This document shows, piece after piece, positions 8,959-19,590 of a DNA stretch of 64,000 nt. Position 1 is the first letter of the stretch. Every line of letters starts with the position of its first letter. This DNA is from Squalus acanthias (lineage: Eukaryota): contig CM059432.1 of assembly GCA_030390025.1 (NCBI GenBank), positions 25,608,001-25,672,000 on the forward strand, given 5' to 3'. The notes beneath the pieces were generated by a model that searched no databases, was not told the origin of the DNA, and was given only the letters and a program-made list of their open reading frames with translations. Position numbers and translations under genes: made by a program.

Positions 8959-11900
8959 CTAGAGCCCGCGCAGCCCGTCTACCTGTGTCCGCTCAGCTAT
9001 GATGCGTGGAAGCGACCCTTGGTGGAGATGGAGGTAGAGAAATTGAAGGGTAGTTATTTGTTGGACACGGGAGCTTCTTGCACCGTGATTCATACAGATA
9101 GCCCTTTTGACTCACTGCTATCTACCAAGGTCCCATTCACATTAGCGGGGTTCACGGGAAAAGAACAGGCTGGCGCATTCTCCTTTCCGCTATCCATTCG
9201 TTTGGGAGCACTTCACATCAAGTGGAAGTGCATATTGATGGAATGGCAGGAGGGGGGTGGAAGAGGTATCCTCGGGTCCGATCTCCTATCAGGGCACGGG
9301 ATCCTCGTGGACCTCAGAAATCATTGTCTCTGGGGGGCTAAGAGTGAAAAAGGCGAGGTAGTGGTAATTCCGGGGGAGGAAGAAACAGGGGTCCTGTGTA
9401 CCATGCAGCCATCCGGAGGCTACGACCTCGGGCTCATGGTAACAGATGTCCCAACGGACATGCAAGCGTACGTGTCAGATAATATGCACGCGTTTGCAAC
9501 CCACAAGCACGATTGTGGGAGGGTTACCGGGTTTGAGGTCAGCGTAGATGGGGACCCCATGACCCGGCCCCAAAAACAGTATAACTTCCCCAAAGAAGCA
9601 GAACCCGATATGGAGACAGCAATGTCCTCCTTGGTGCAGCAGGGCGTGTTGAGGCCGATAGCCACACACGTGAACTCCCCATTATGGCCGGTTAGGAAGC
9701 CAGATAATTCGTGGAGGGCCACGGTGGACTACAGAGTCCTTAACAGTAACATTCCCGCCTGCGCGCCCACGGTAGCAGCAGTTGCTGACCTAATAGGGAG
9801 TATCCCAGCGTCCGCGACCACGTTCACGGTGCTGGATATCTCGAACGGTTTTTGGTCCATCCCGCTGCGGCGAGAGGACCAGTACAAGTTTGCCTTTACT
9901 TTCAAAGGACAACAGTACACATGGAACTGTCTGCCACAGGGTTTCCACAATAGCCCCAGTATTTTCCATCAGTGTATGGCAGGAAGTTTAAAGGAGTTTA
10001 GTCAGCCCAATCAGATAGTGCAGTACGTGGATGATTTGCTCCTATTTACGGACTCAAGGGAGGAGCATGGACCACTGCTGGCCGAGTTATTGGAGCTGCT
10101 AGCGAGAAAGGGTTTTAAAGTAAATCCTAAGAAAGCGCGTATCGGTCAGCAGGAAGTAAAATTCCTGGGGCTGACCATTCGCGCTGGGGAAAGAGCCATA
10201 GATAAGGCTAGGAGGGAGTCGGTGCAAGAGTTACCGATTCCCAACACCATAAGGGGTGTGAGGTCCTTCTTGGGACTGACCGGTTACTGCAGAGATTTTA
10301 TCGAAGATTATGCGGCCGCAGCGGCGCCGCTCCTCCGACTCCTCCATAAGTGAGTGGAGTGGTCTTGGGACGAGGGCTGCCAAGCAGCCTTCGAGAAGTT
10401 AAAAAAGGATCTGCAGACCGCGCCAGCCTTAGGGGCCATAGATGGGGGGAAGGAGTTTTTCCTGGAGGTAGCTGCCAGCGGGGACAGCTTGAGCGCTGTG
10501 CTGCTCCAAGAGCGTCACGGCAAGCTGAGGCCGGTTGTCTATTCGTCCAGGGTGTTAACGGATGTGGAGAGGAGTTTCTCCAATTGCGAAAGGCACCTTT
10601 TAGCCACGCATTGGGCTGTGAAAAGATCAGCGATCTTCACAGGGCTCTCTCCCATCACTCTCCTCACCCATCACACACCAACTAAGATGCTTTTAGATGG
10701 GAGGATTAAAGATGGGACCGTAAGCAGCGTGCGCATTGCGCGCTGGACCCTTCTTCTTTCCCAGATGGATCTTAGAGTAAAAGGTCTTTGCGAGCCCAGG
10801 CTTGCGGCCAATTTGGTATACCCCGGTACAGCCCACCGATGTTCGGTGGAAGGGGTGTGGGACGTCAACATAGGTTTGCGGGCCGGGATACATCCCACTG
10901 GGCGCGAGATTTATGTTGATGGCTCTAGCACAGTATCTGCTGGCGAACGACTCACAGGGTGTGGAGTTTATGACCCTGCGGCAAACCTTGCCCTGGCGAT
11001 CAAGCTCCCTAGCACCATGAGCGCGCAGCAGGCTGAGCTGTCTGCAGTGGTGTACGTTGTTACCCACCCAGACATTTTCCCAACCACATACACGATTTGC
11101 TCGGACAGTATGTTCACATGTAATTCGTGTACGGAATACCTGGCCATTTGGTCCCGCCGTGGATACACCTCCGCGGACGGGCGACCTTTAACGGTGAAGC
11201 CCTTGCTGAAAAAGATCCTAGCAGCAGTAGGGGAGGAAGGGGAGATTTTCATCCATAAGGTGAAGGCTCACTCCTCCACAGAGCCCCGTGGGGAGGGCAA
11301 CCAGCAGGCGGATGCGCTAGCCAGGGAAGGTGCCCGCAACGGCATTTTCTGGGACCCCTATGGGACCAGACCCATGGCAGCGATCCAAGGCAGGGACGGG
11401 AATCCCGGGAACTCCAGGGTAGCATTGCCCCTAGACCTTAAGACCGTCCAAACCCAGGATCCCGCCCTAAAAGCAGTCATAAAAACCATTGCTGAGGGGA
11501 AGCAAGTAGAGGGTCCGTACAGTACGGCAACCCTCTCAGTTAAGGAAGGCATGCTGTTCCACGAGGAGCAGTGGGTTGTGCCGCAGCAGCACAGGAGGGA
11601 ATTCCTCCAGTTGGCTCACGAGGGACCAGGGGCAGGGCACCCCGGGCCCGAGGTTACCTGGCAACGGGTAGAGCAAGCGGGATGGTGGCCAGGGCTCAGG
11701 GAACAGGTCCGCGAGTTCTGTGCAAACTGTCTCGTGTGCGCTGCAAACAACCCAGACCCCCAGAAAAGGAAAGTGCCCATGGGGCACGTAAGAAGGGTAG
11801 AGGGACCATGGCAGTCGATACAGATCGACTATATAGGGCCCCTGCCCACCACCCAGGGAGGCTATAAATACTGCCTTGTCTTGGTGGATGTGTTTTCCAA

Positions 11901-13485
11901 ATGGGTGGAAGCCTTCCCCTGTCGAACAGCTACGGCACTGGGTACTGCAAAAATCTTGGTCAGGGAAGTGTTCTCGCGGTGGGGACTTCCCCGTTTTGTG
12001 GAGTCAGACCAAGGGAGTCATTTCACCGGCCAGGTGATGCAGAACACCCTCATGCTTTTGGGCATTGAAGGGAAGTGGCACGTAGCACACAATCCCCAGT
12101 CATCCGGGATTGTTGAACGCATGAACCGGACCCTGAAGGAGAAATTGAGGAAAGAGACTAGGAACTCGCCCCAAAAATGGGCGGAAGTTCTGCCTTTAGT
12201 CCTCATGGGGGTCCGGGCCAGTCAGTCAAAAAGTACGGGGTATTCCCCGCACGAGGTGATGACTGGGAGGCTCATGCGAACCCCCACCCATGTGCTAGCG
12301 CCGGTGCTCACTGAGGGTCAGCTTCAAGAGATAAGCAGGGACAAGTTCGCCCAGACCCTCTTGGAGCGCCTGAAGCAGGTTTATGAGCAGGCGGCTGGGA
12401 ACATGGGAAGGCAGCATCAGGGCAATCGCCTGTTGCTGGAACCCCGCAAAACGCGGGAGTGGGAAGTAGGAGACCAGGTCATGGTCAGAAACTACGCCAG
12501 AGTAGGGAGTCTGGATCCACTGTATATGGGACCCTACAACATTGTAGATAAGGCGAGTCCCATGGTATACGCCGTAAAGGTACCTCGGCGCACTAAGTGG
12601 TTCCATGTAAACCAGTGCAAACTGTACAAGCCAGGTGCACAAGGGAAAACCACAGGGGCAAAACCTGCGAGTGGGGACTCGCAGCCCCAGGTAGGACCAC
12701 AAGGCACACAGGCAGGCAAAGCAGCTTGCATCAGGGGAGGAGACATCCTGGAAAATTGTGAAACATTTTTGTGGGGTTGGGAGTCAGATGAGGGAGAGTT
12801 CCCGGAACTCGAGTCAGATGAGGATAGTGATGAGGACGAGTGGGAATCGGGGAACGCAAGGGTCGCCCCCGAATCAGGTATAGGGAGGACAGGGGCTGCA
12901 GATAGAGATCCACACAGGGTGGACACCGAGGCTGCAGGTCCCGAACACAGGAGGGAGGAGCTAGGGGAGGCGGAGCCAGCCGCTGTGAGACCACAGGGCG
13001 TGACGGCGGAAACCTCAGAGCCCGAGCCGCCCGCCTTGAACGTCCTGCCCTCGGGGGAGGTAGAGATTGCGAGGGAAGGGCCGCCTGCTGGGCCGAGCAG
13101 GGCGGTGCCACAAGCTGCTAGTCCCGAGGTCAGTGAGGCGGAGTCAGGGGAGGCGGAGCCAGCGACTGTGGTGGGACCACAGGTCGTCCCGGTGGAAGTC
13201 TCGGAACCCGGTCCGTCGGTCCTGGGATTCCTGCCCCCGACAACTCCTCGTAGGTCCAGTCGAGCACCCCAGCCCAGGAAGATGTGGTCATGTCCACAGA
13301 CTGCCCCAAGGCGCAGGCTTAAGGTTAAAGCAGCCCCGGAAGGGCCCAGTCCCATCGCAGCAGCAACAGGCTGCGGCAGATCAAAGGAAGGGGTCAGTGC
13401 AGCCACAGGCTGCGGCAGATCAAAGGAAGGGGTCAGTGCCCTCCCACCGTCGGGAAGAGCCCGCAGCAGCCTTCTCAGAATTTAA
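8959..13485 (+). CDS. pol: Pol (protease, RT, tether/degenerate RNase H, RNase H, integrase), in frame with gag; one internal TGA at 10351-10353
   Basis: LLDTGAS (PR); LDISNGF, LPQGF and YVDD (RT); tether with EVAAS; IYVDGSS...AQQAEL...SDS...KAH...GNQQAD (RNase H); HHCC plus IDYIGP/SDQGSHF/VERMNRTLK (IN); GPY motif. Confidence 0.93.
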
Positions 13486-13836
13486 AGGGGGCCGCCCTGG
13501 GAACGGGCGGCGCTGTACAGTAATAAGTTTAGGATAAGTTTTAAGTTCATAGTTTAAGTTTAAGTTTCTAGGTTTATAGTTTAAGGTTAAGAATAAGTTT
13601 ATAGTTTTAGATAAGGTTATAAGTTTATAGTTTTAAATAAGGTTAAGTTTGTAGTTTAATTTTAACAGAAAATGGTAAAATGATGGGAGTTTTAGATAGG
13701 TCTAGTTAAAGTTTATTTAGTGAACATTGAAGTTTACGTGAGGCGAGGTCAGGGGACCCGCTCACCCTTCACAAAAGCCAGAGACTCTTGCGAGGCTGGC
13801 TACCTCATTCTATCTGATCACAGGAACCAAGGAAGG

Positions 13837-16188
13837 ATGGAACGAATTCTAGTATTGCTCGCGGCAATCGGATGTGGATTGGCCTATCGAGGCCGCACCA
13901 AGGATGTCATGGTGTTTGGATGCTCCGGGGACACGGCCCCCATCGCGGTGGATGGGACCGGAAGACGGGAGGCTGAGGAGACCACCACCTATTTCCACAA
14001 GGGAAGGTGGCCAGGATGGCTGGGAACGAACTCAACGGAGTATTCCAGCACATCGGGGTTTGCCTACCAAGAGACTTCTTTAATGTGCCCCAAAGTAAGG
14101 ATCATCGCACCCAGGATCAGCGTCACCGTCGGCAAACGGATTTGTTTGACTTGTAATGGGAATGTCCCATTGAGCCGATGGTGGTGGCTGCGAAAGCTGA
14201 GCAAAAACATGAGGAACTCTTCGGTCGAGTGGGAACGACTGGGTAATAATACCCATCGGACAATTACGGGGACAAACGGACAAGTGAGAGTCTGTTGGGA
14301 CAAATGGTGGGAACCGGATGAGGGAATTTATGTATGCATGTGGGGGTCAAAGTACGCTTGCCCCAAAGGCATCTCCATATTTTTCATTAATCAATGGCAG
14401 GATAACGGACAGGGGATGAGGTGGGATGCGAGCACCAGGGGGTGCGGAGCCCCATACTCTTCTATCCCGGTAAATGCCACTGAGCTGATTACGCGCCCAC
14501 GCAAAGCCCCGCCCACGATTCCGGTGGTTCTAGCTGAAGAGGAAGGGTGCCCTAAAACTAGTAAGGGACCCGGGAATGGTTTGGTACTGGTCCCCACAGA
14601 CCAGATATTATTTCAGGGGGTACATTACGCGGTGGCCTCGGTGATTTTAAATCTCACCGAGGTGCGGTTACCAGAGTGGTGCCCCAAAAAGACGGAACAG
14701 TTATATCAGGTCCTGGTGACCAAGATGTTCAGACAATTTTACGAATTCGATTTCGCGGAAATTGATAAAACAAGTTTGTACACTGCACCACATGAAGTTT
14801 TTGATCAAGTGGGGAGACAAAGAAGGGGTGTAGTGAACGACGCGTTCACTGCTTTTAACACGGGTACATCTGTGGTCAACGCTCTAGACAGTGTGGAGCT
14901 GCAGACCCAGATTAATGGTTTAAAGGCGCAATTAAAAGACATTCTAACAGATGAAAACAAGGTGGTTGGGTCGGGTTTACACGAGGACCAAGCCATGACT
15001 CTCCATTTAAAGGAAATTATAGCAGAGCTAGAGAAACATGCAAAGACGTTAAATGCCCTGATTAGGGAAGATCGGAATGCATCCGATCAAGCTGCGCAGA
15101 ATGAGGTGTGCGTGCTTTACGGGGCGTGGTTACTGGGCGAGGGCCGCAGTAATTTGGAGGATTTAAAACAAGGTTTGGTCCCGTCCTGGATAAGTAACAA
15201 ACACCTGCGGGCGCTCCACCCTTTTCAGAACGCATTAAGCCCGTGCCAGCTCAGGTTAGCTTCAGAAGCATACCCAGTCCCCGTGGACTGCGGACGATCA
15301 AACCATACTATCATGGGTATAGTATTACGTATGCCGGTTTTGGGCGACACAGCAAAGCCCGCCCCGGTGTATCGGGTAGAGAACATTGGTGTCATTCAGG
15401 GGGGAGCCCACATTCGCTATGCAGCGGTTCCACCCTACGTCATCCGCTGGGAGCAAACGATGACAGGTACAGATCTCTCTGGTTGTCGTGGCAGGGGAGC
15501 ACACATAATACTGTGTCCCCAGCACTTGAATGCCTTTTTAACACCACAGTGCGGGTTCAGAACGGCTGGCGCCAAGTCCATGAATTGCACCATGGAGGCA
15601 ATGGCACAAGATCATGTGCCTCCGCAGGTAGCATACATCGGGGGTGGAACATATTGTGTTACCACTGCAGCGCAACACTACCAGCATGGAAACCGTAGCC
15701 GGTGTCCGGTGAGTGACAGCAGTTTCTGTTTCAAACCCAGGGCGGAAGTTCAAGTAGCACAACAGCGAATTGTCCCAATCCCTGAACCATCCACTGTTCA
15801 TCTTACAGTAAAAGAGAATTTCACCGACTTGCAGCGATTCGTCGCGCATTTCGGATACATCATTCCCCCTCTCCCTGAACACCTCACCAAGCTTTTGAAA
15901 GCCATCACGGTGTCACAGAAACATTTTTACACACTCGAACAGAAAACTGTCAAAATAGGGACAGACATTCTGGATATAGTAATTCCACCGTGGTGGAATC
16001 TGTTCACCAATATTGAAGTGCCTTCATGGATCAGAATAGCCTCCCACATTTTAGTCGTATGCCAAGTTTTTATTGTAGTGTACCTATTGATCGTACATTG
16101 TAAAAGAGGCAAACGCCTCACCAAGCATGAAAACACGGGAGAGTGGCGAGAACGTTACGTGCGCGTGCACGACGAAAGCACCATGTGA
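13837..16188 (+). CDS. env: Envelope glycoprotein, F-protein-like class I fusion protein with N-terminal Ig-like domain (783 aa from the ATG)
   Basis: ATG in AGGATGG context after candidate acceptor CACAG (13823); signal peptide MERILVLLAAIGCGLA; furin site RQRR (14815-14826); heptad repeat; Cys-rich ectodomain; several N-X-S/T sites; TM WIRIASHILVVCQVFIVVYLLIVHC; short tail. Confidence 0.88.
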   Translation: MERILVLLAAIGCGLAYRGRTKDVMVFGCSGDTAPIAVDGTGRREAEETTTYFHKGRWPGWLGTNSTEYSSTSGFAYQETSLMCPKVRIIAPRISVTVGKRICLTCNGNVPLSRWWWLRKLSKNMRNSSVEWERLGNNTHRTITGTNGQVRVCWDKWWEPDEGIYVCMWGSKYACPKGISIFFINQWQDNGQGMRWDASTRGCGAPYSSIPVNATELITRPRKAPPTIPVVLAEEEGCPKTSKGPGNGLVLVPTDQILFQGVHYAVASVILNLTEVRLPEWCPKKTEQLYQVLVTKMFRQFYEFDFAEIDKTSLYTAPHEVFDQVGRQRRGVVNDAFTAFNTGTSVVNALDSVELQTQINGLKAQLKDILTDENKVVGSGLHEDQAMTLHLKEIIAELEKHAKTLNALIREDRNASDQAAQNEVCVLYGAWLLGEGRSNLEDLKQGLVPSWISNKHLRALHPFQNALSPCQLRLASEAYPVPVDCGRSNHTIMGIVLRMPVLGDTAKPAPVYRVENIGVIQGGAHIRYAAVPPYVIRWEQTMTGTDLSGCRGRGAHIILCPQHLNAFLTPQCGFRTAGAKSMNCTMEAMAQDHVPPQVAYIGGGTYCVTTAAQHYQHGNRSRCPVSDSSFCFKPRAEVQVAQQRIVPIPEPSTVHLTVKENFTDLQRFVAHFGYIIPPLPEHLTKLLKAITVSQKHFYTLEQKTVKIGTDILDIVIPPWWNLFTNIEVPSWIRIASHILVVCQVFIVVYLLIVHCKRGKRLTKHENTGEWRERYVRVHDESTM

Positions 16189-16630
16189 TCGGAAAATGGC
16201 GTCACTCCCGCTCGCCTCGTGCGCCGCGGAAGTTTGTACTCGATCATGATTTTCAGAAACTGTAAATACGTTTGGAACTCGACATGTTTTAAGAGTTGGT
16301 GTTGATTATTTTGGTGATGGTGTTGTAGTTAAAAATGATTGTTTGGTTTTGTTTTGTTTTTCCTTTCCCTAAATAAAAATGTGAATATACAGGTGATACG
16401 AGAGGCATCGGCCTGGTTGCGCCTGGAAGGAAAACAAGTGGTGTAAGTTTAAAGGCAAATGATGCCTACGGTGATAATAAATGTAATTTTCTTGGGAAAT
16501 AAGGACGACGCAAAGACCCTAGATAGTTTAAGTTATGGGATTAAATTTTCTGGATTCGGAGAAAATTGAGATAATATTGCTCGCCACAATATTTTTTTTT
16601 GATACGATAAGCGGAGTTATTCGCATCAAC

Positions 16631-16639
16631 AGGAGGGAC
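16631..16639 (+). promoter_or_regulatory. Polypurine tract (short)
   Basis: AGGAGGGAC immediately 5' of the 3' LTR TG. Confidence 0.7.
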
Positions 16640-18311
16640 TGTAGAATTCGCAATATATCGCGATTTTATTAATAAGGAGAAAAACACATAGTTTCGTTCA
16701 AACAGCTTTTATTTCAGCAGAATGCTGTCAGGTTTTCAAAGTGGACACAAGCAGCTTGTAAAATGGCCGCCGCACCTCGTGACAGAACATTCTAGACTTT
16801 TCGACAGGCAGACAAGATGGCGTTCCAATAAACATTTGTGCAAGATCGATTAAGACTCAGCACATTGAAGATAATACACGAGACATCATGGGTTTACAGT
16901 ATACACATAAATACTGAAATCGGTCTCCCAGGTACGATTAAAAGCTATTGTACCAAGCAATCAAGAACCCATCCAAAGACATTAATATGTAAAATCCCAA
17001 CGACTCTACGATGAGAGAGCCGTTAGCGGGTAGTTACAGAAAACACTTGGAAGCCCCAAAACCCCTCCAGGGAGAACACCGACCGATTAATCAATGGGAA
17101 AAATATTAACAGGTACTCAGACAATTACGAGTAGCCCCGAAACCCATTAAAACGAAGATCACCCTATACAAGACATTTGAGCGCCAAACCCTAACAAAAG
17201 GAAAGACATTAAGGTTGGGCGGGAAACGGAAGATTTTGCACTATAATTGCAAGCTCCAAACCGTCCATCTCGCTCCTATTCGGTTGACTCTTATCTTGCT
17301 GGTGTTTATCCTCGTGGCTGCTCTTGACTCGCCGTATTGTTCCTGCTTGCCTCGTGTCTCTTTTCAAAAGACTGTTGAACTTTACGATCCGCTCGAATCT
17401 ACCTCGTGTTGTGTCGCGAAGACCTGTGTAGAACTGGGCTCTGAAGCCTTGAAGCGGGCGCACCATCCCGATAAGTCGGTAAACGGTGTTGGAACCGAAG
17501 GCCCGAGATGAGATGAGATGAGATGAGATGAGAAGAGAAGAAGACCATACTTATCGCCACGGTCAGTAAGCTCCGACCGCGCCTGTAGGTCGAATAGACA
17601 CTATCCTTGCCCAGGAAGACTCTTCTTTGAGTTTTATCGAACTGGTGTGAGGGCACAGGAAGACTCTTTTTTTGAGTAGTGTCGGAACTCCGAGGACAAC
17701 ACAGATCTTCATGACAGCAGACGTTCCAGCCTGCTAGCCGGAGCAGAAACGAGTAAACAAGTGGGGCCCGGAGACCCCCTGATCGACACGTGGGTGCTGC
17801 GGTGAAAAACATCCGATCAGAGTTTTCGGAATTCTCCGAGTTATCACGAGTGGTGAGCATGAGTCTCGAATCCTACGAATCTAGCTTAGGACAGATATTG
17901 ATAGGGGAGGGTTTTAAGTATTAAGGATAATTGTAATGTGTGCCCCCATTTACGATGTGTCGTTCGTTCCTCGTTTCCCTGAAATTAGTTACATAACTGC
18001 GTGTAAGATTGTACTGTCATTAATCTGTGCTTATGACATGTATTTCGTAATCTTAAATATTATGCAATAAAGATTTTCCATTTCATACCATTCAACCGAG
18101 TCTACCTGAGTTTCATCTCCATTATTGCTCTCGCATCTAAGTCCAGTGTCTAGAACCGTAAGGGCGAGTGGGTCGAACCACTCACAGGTGTGTATAGTGC
18201 TCCCAGACTGGCTGGAGACCAGAACAGGCAACAAGGCCTAAACCCGCACTAGCACCCGGGCTGCACAGAGCCACACGAATCTCACAGGCTGAGAGACAAA
18301 AAACCCTTACA
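16640..18311 (+). repeat. 3' LTR (1672 bp)
   Basis: Direct repeat of 5474-7145, preceded by a purine tract and followed by TSD GGAT. Confidence 0.96.
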
Positions 18312-19383
18312 GGATGTGTATGAATCGTCTCCTCGACTGGTTTTGGGGCCCCCCGAATACTGGCTTAATCACCCGCCAATGTCTCTCTCATTGTTGAGCC
18401 GGGGGTGGGGGGGGTATTTGTGTATTGATGTGTCTAGATGGGTTCAATGATCCTTACTGTGCGTAGGAAACGATTCCAGCACTTATATCATTGCTATTGT
18501 TCAAGATGCGAACGGGTTGCATCCTGTCTTTACAATGTGTACCGAGTATGATCCGATCTCATACTGAATGTATATTCGACGCCATCTTGTCTGCCCACTG
18601 TGTCTCTGGAAGCTTCTGCCACGATGCGCGGCGGCCATTTTACAGGCTTCTGTGTCCTTATTATCAGGGCAGCATTTCGTTTAATAAAAATGATCAATTG
18701 AATCTGCTTCTCTCATGTTATTTTGAATCGCGATAATTGCGAAACTCTACACTACTCAGACTGGCAAAAGGTGGGAAGTGGTGTTCCACAGAGATCGATG
18801 CTGGGACCACGGTTGTTCACAATTTAAATTAATGATTTGGACTCGTGAATCGGAAGTACAATTTCTAAATTTGCAGACAACACCAAATTTGAGGGTATAG
18901 TTAATACAAAGGAAGAATGCGACAAAATACAGGAAGACATTAATAAGTTTGCAGACTGGGTATGTAATTGGCAAATGAATTTCAACATAGATAAGTGTGA
19001 GGTGGTGCATTTTGGTAGGAAGAATAAGGAGGCCACATATTAATTGGATTAATGGGGGGAATTTTGCCGGTGCTCAGGGAGCGGGTTTGGAGGCGGGACC
19101 GGTGGCAAAATTGCAAAGATTGACAGCGGGTCCCTAACCCGCTGTCAACCCGCCTCCAGTCAATCTTCCCGGGTGTCGGGTCCCCGATTTGCGCAGGGAT
19201 CTGACACCTAGCGGCGGAAGAGGATTATAGGCACTTAACTGCTTGTTAACAGGTTGTTAACAGGCAGTTAAGAGGCTTTTTCCAATTTTGGCATGTCTAC
19301 TGCAGGCTTCCCGACGTCCGGACACCACGCCAGGGTAAGTGTGGTGTGCTGTGGGTCTACTGTAATGTTTCTTCATTGATGAC

Positions 19384-19590
19384 TGTGAGAAGTCGCACAA
19401 CACCAGGTTATAGTCCAACAGCTTTATTTGAAATCACAAGCTTTCGGAGCGCTGCTCCTTTGTCACCTGACGAAGGAGCAGCGCTCCGAAAGCTTGTGAT
19501 TTCAAATAAAGCTGTTGGACTATAACCTGGTGTTGTGCGACTTCTCACATTTGTCCACCCCAGTCCAACACCGGCATCTCCACATCATGG
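19384..19590 (+). mobile_element. Short palindromic Penelope-derived insertion (inverted terminal segments)
   Basis: 82-bp inverted arms (19384-19465 / 19468-19549, one mismatch); 13-bp TSD CTTCATTGATGAC at 19371-19383 and 19591-19603. Confidence 0.85.
19463..19499 (+). ncRNA. Minimal type I hammerhead ribozyme motif
   Basis: TCAC-CTGACGA-AGGAGC-AGC-GCTCC-GAAA-GCTT-GTGA: core boxes CUGANGA and GAAA, stem II GGAGC/GCTCC, stem I TCAC/GTGA, palindromic AAGCTT stem III. Confidence 0.75.

Larger units (their letters stand above)
5474..18311 (+). mobile_element. Near-intact endogenous retrovirus provirus (LTR-gag-pol-env-LTR), lokiretrovirus-like architecture
   Basis: Two 1672-bp direct repeats, each TGTA...TACA; GGAT on both flanks (5470-5473, 18312-18315); PBS, polypurine tract and gag/pol/env ORFs in canonical order. 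Provirus status is seen directly; the lineage call is inferred from the dual RNase H and F-like Env. Confidence 0.95.
4322..18751 (-). mobile_element. Solo LTR (about 1.59 kb, related subfamily B), split by the provirus into 4322-5473 and 18316-18751
   Basis: Reverse strand reads TGTAGAGTTTCGCAATTATCGCG...CCCCTTACA; TSD CTAC at 4318-4321 and 18752-18755; similar to the 21385-23032 LTR. Confidence 0.9.

Noticed and set aside
9019..10353. Separate pro-RT and RNase H-IN genes as listed in the ORF track
   Set aside because: Their starts are TTG/GTG; both are in the gag frame and are parts of one Pol.
13720..13836. GTG-initiated N-terminal extension of env in the ORF track (822 aa)
   Set aside because: ATG 13837 has a strong Kozak context, follows a splice-acceptor-like site and begins a signal peptide.
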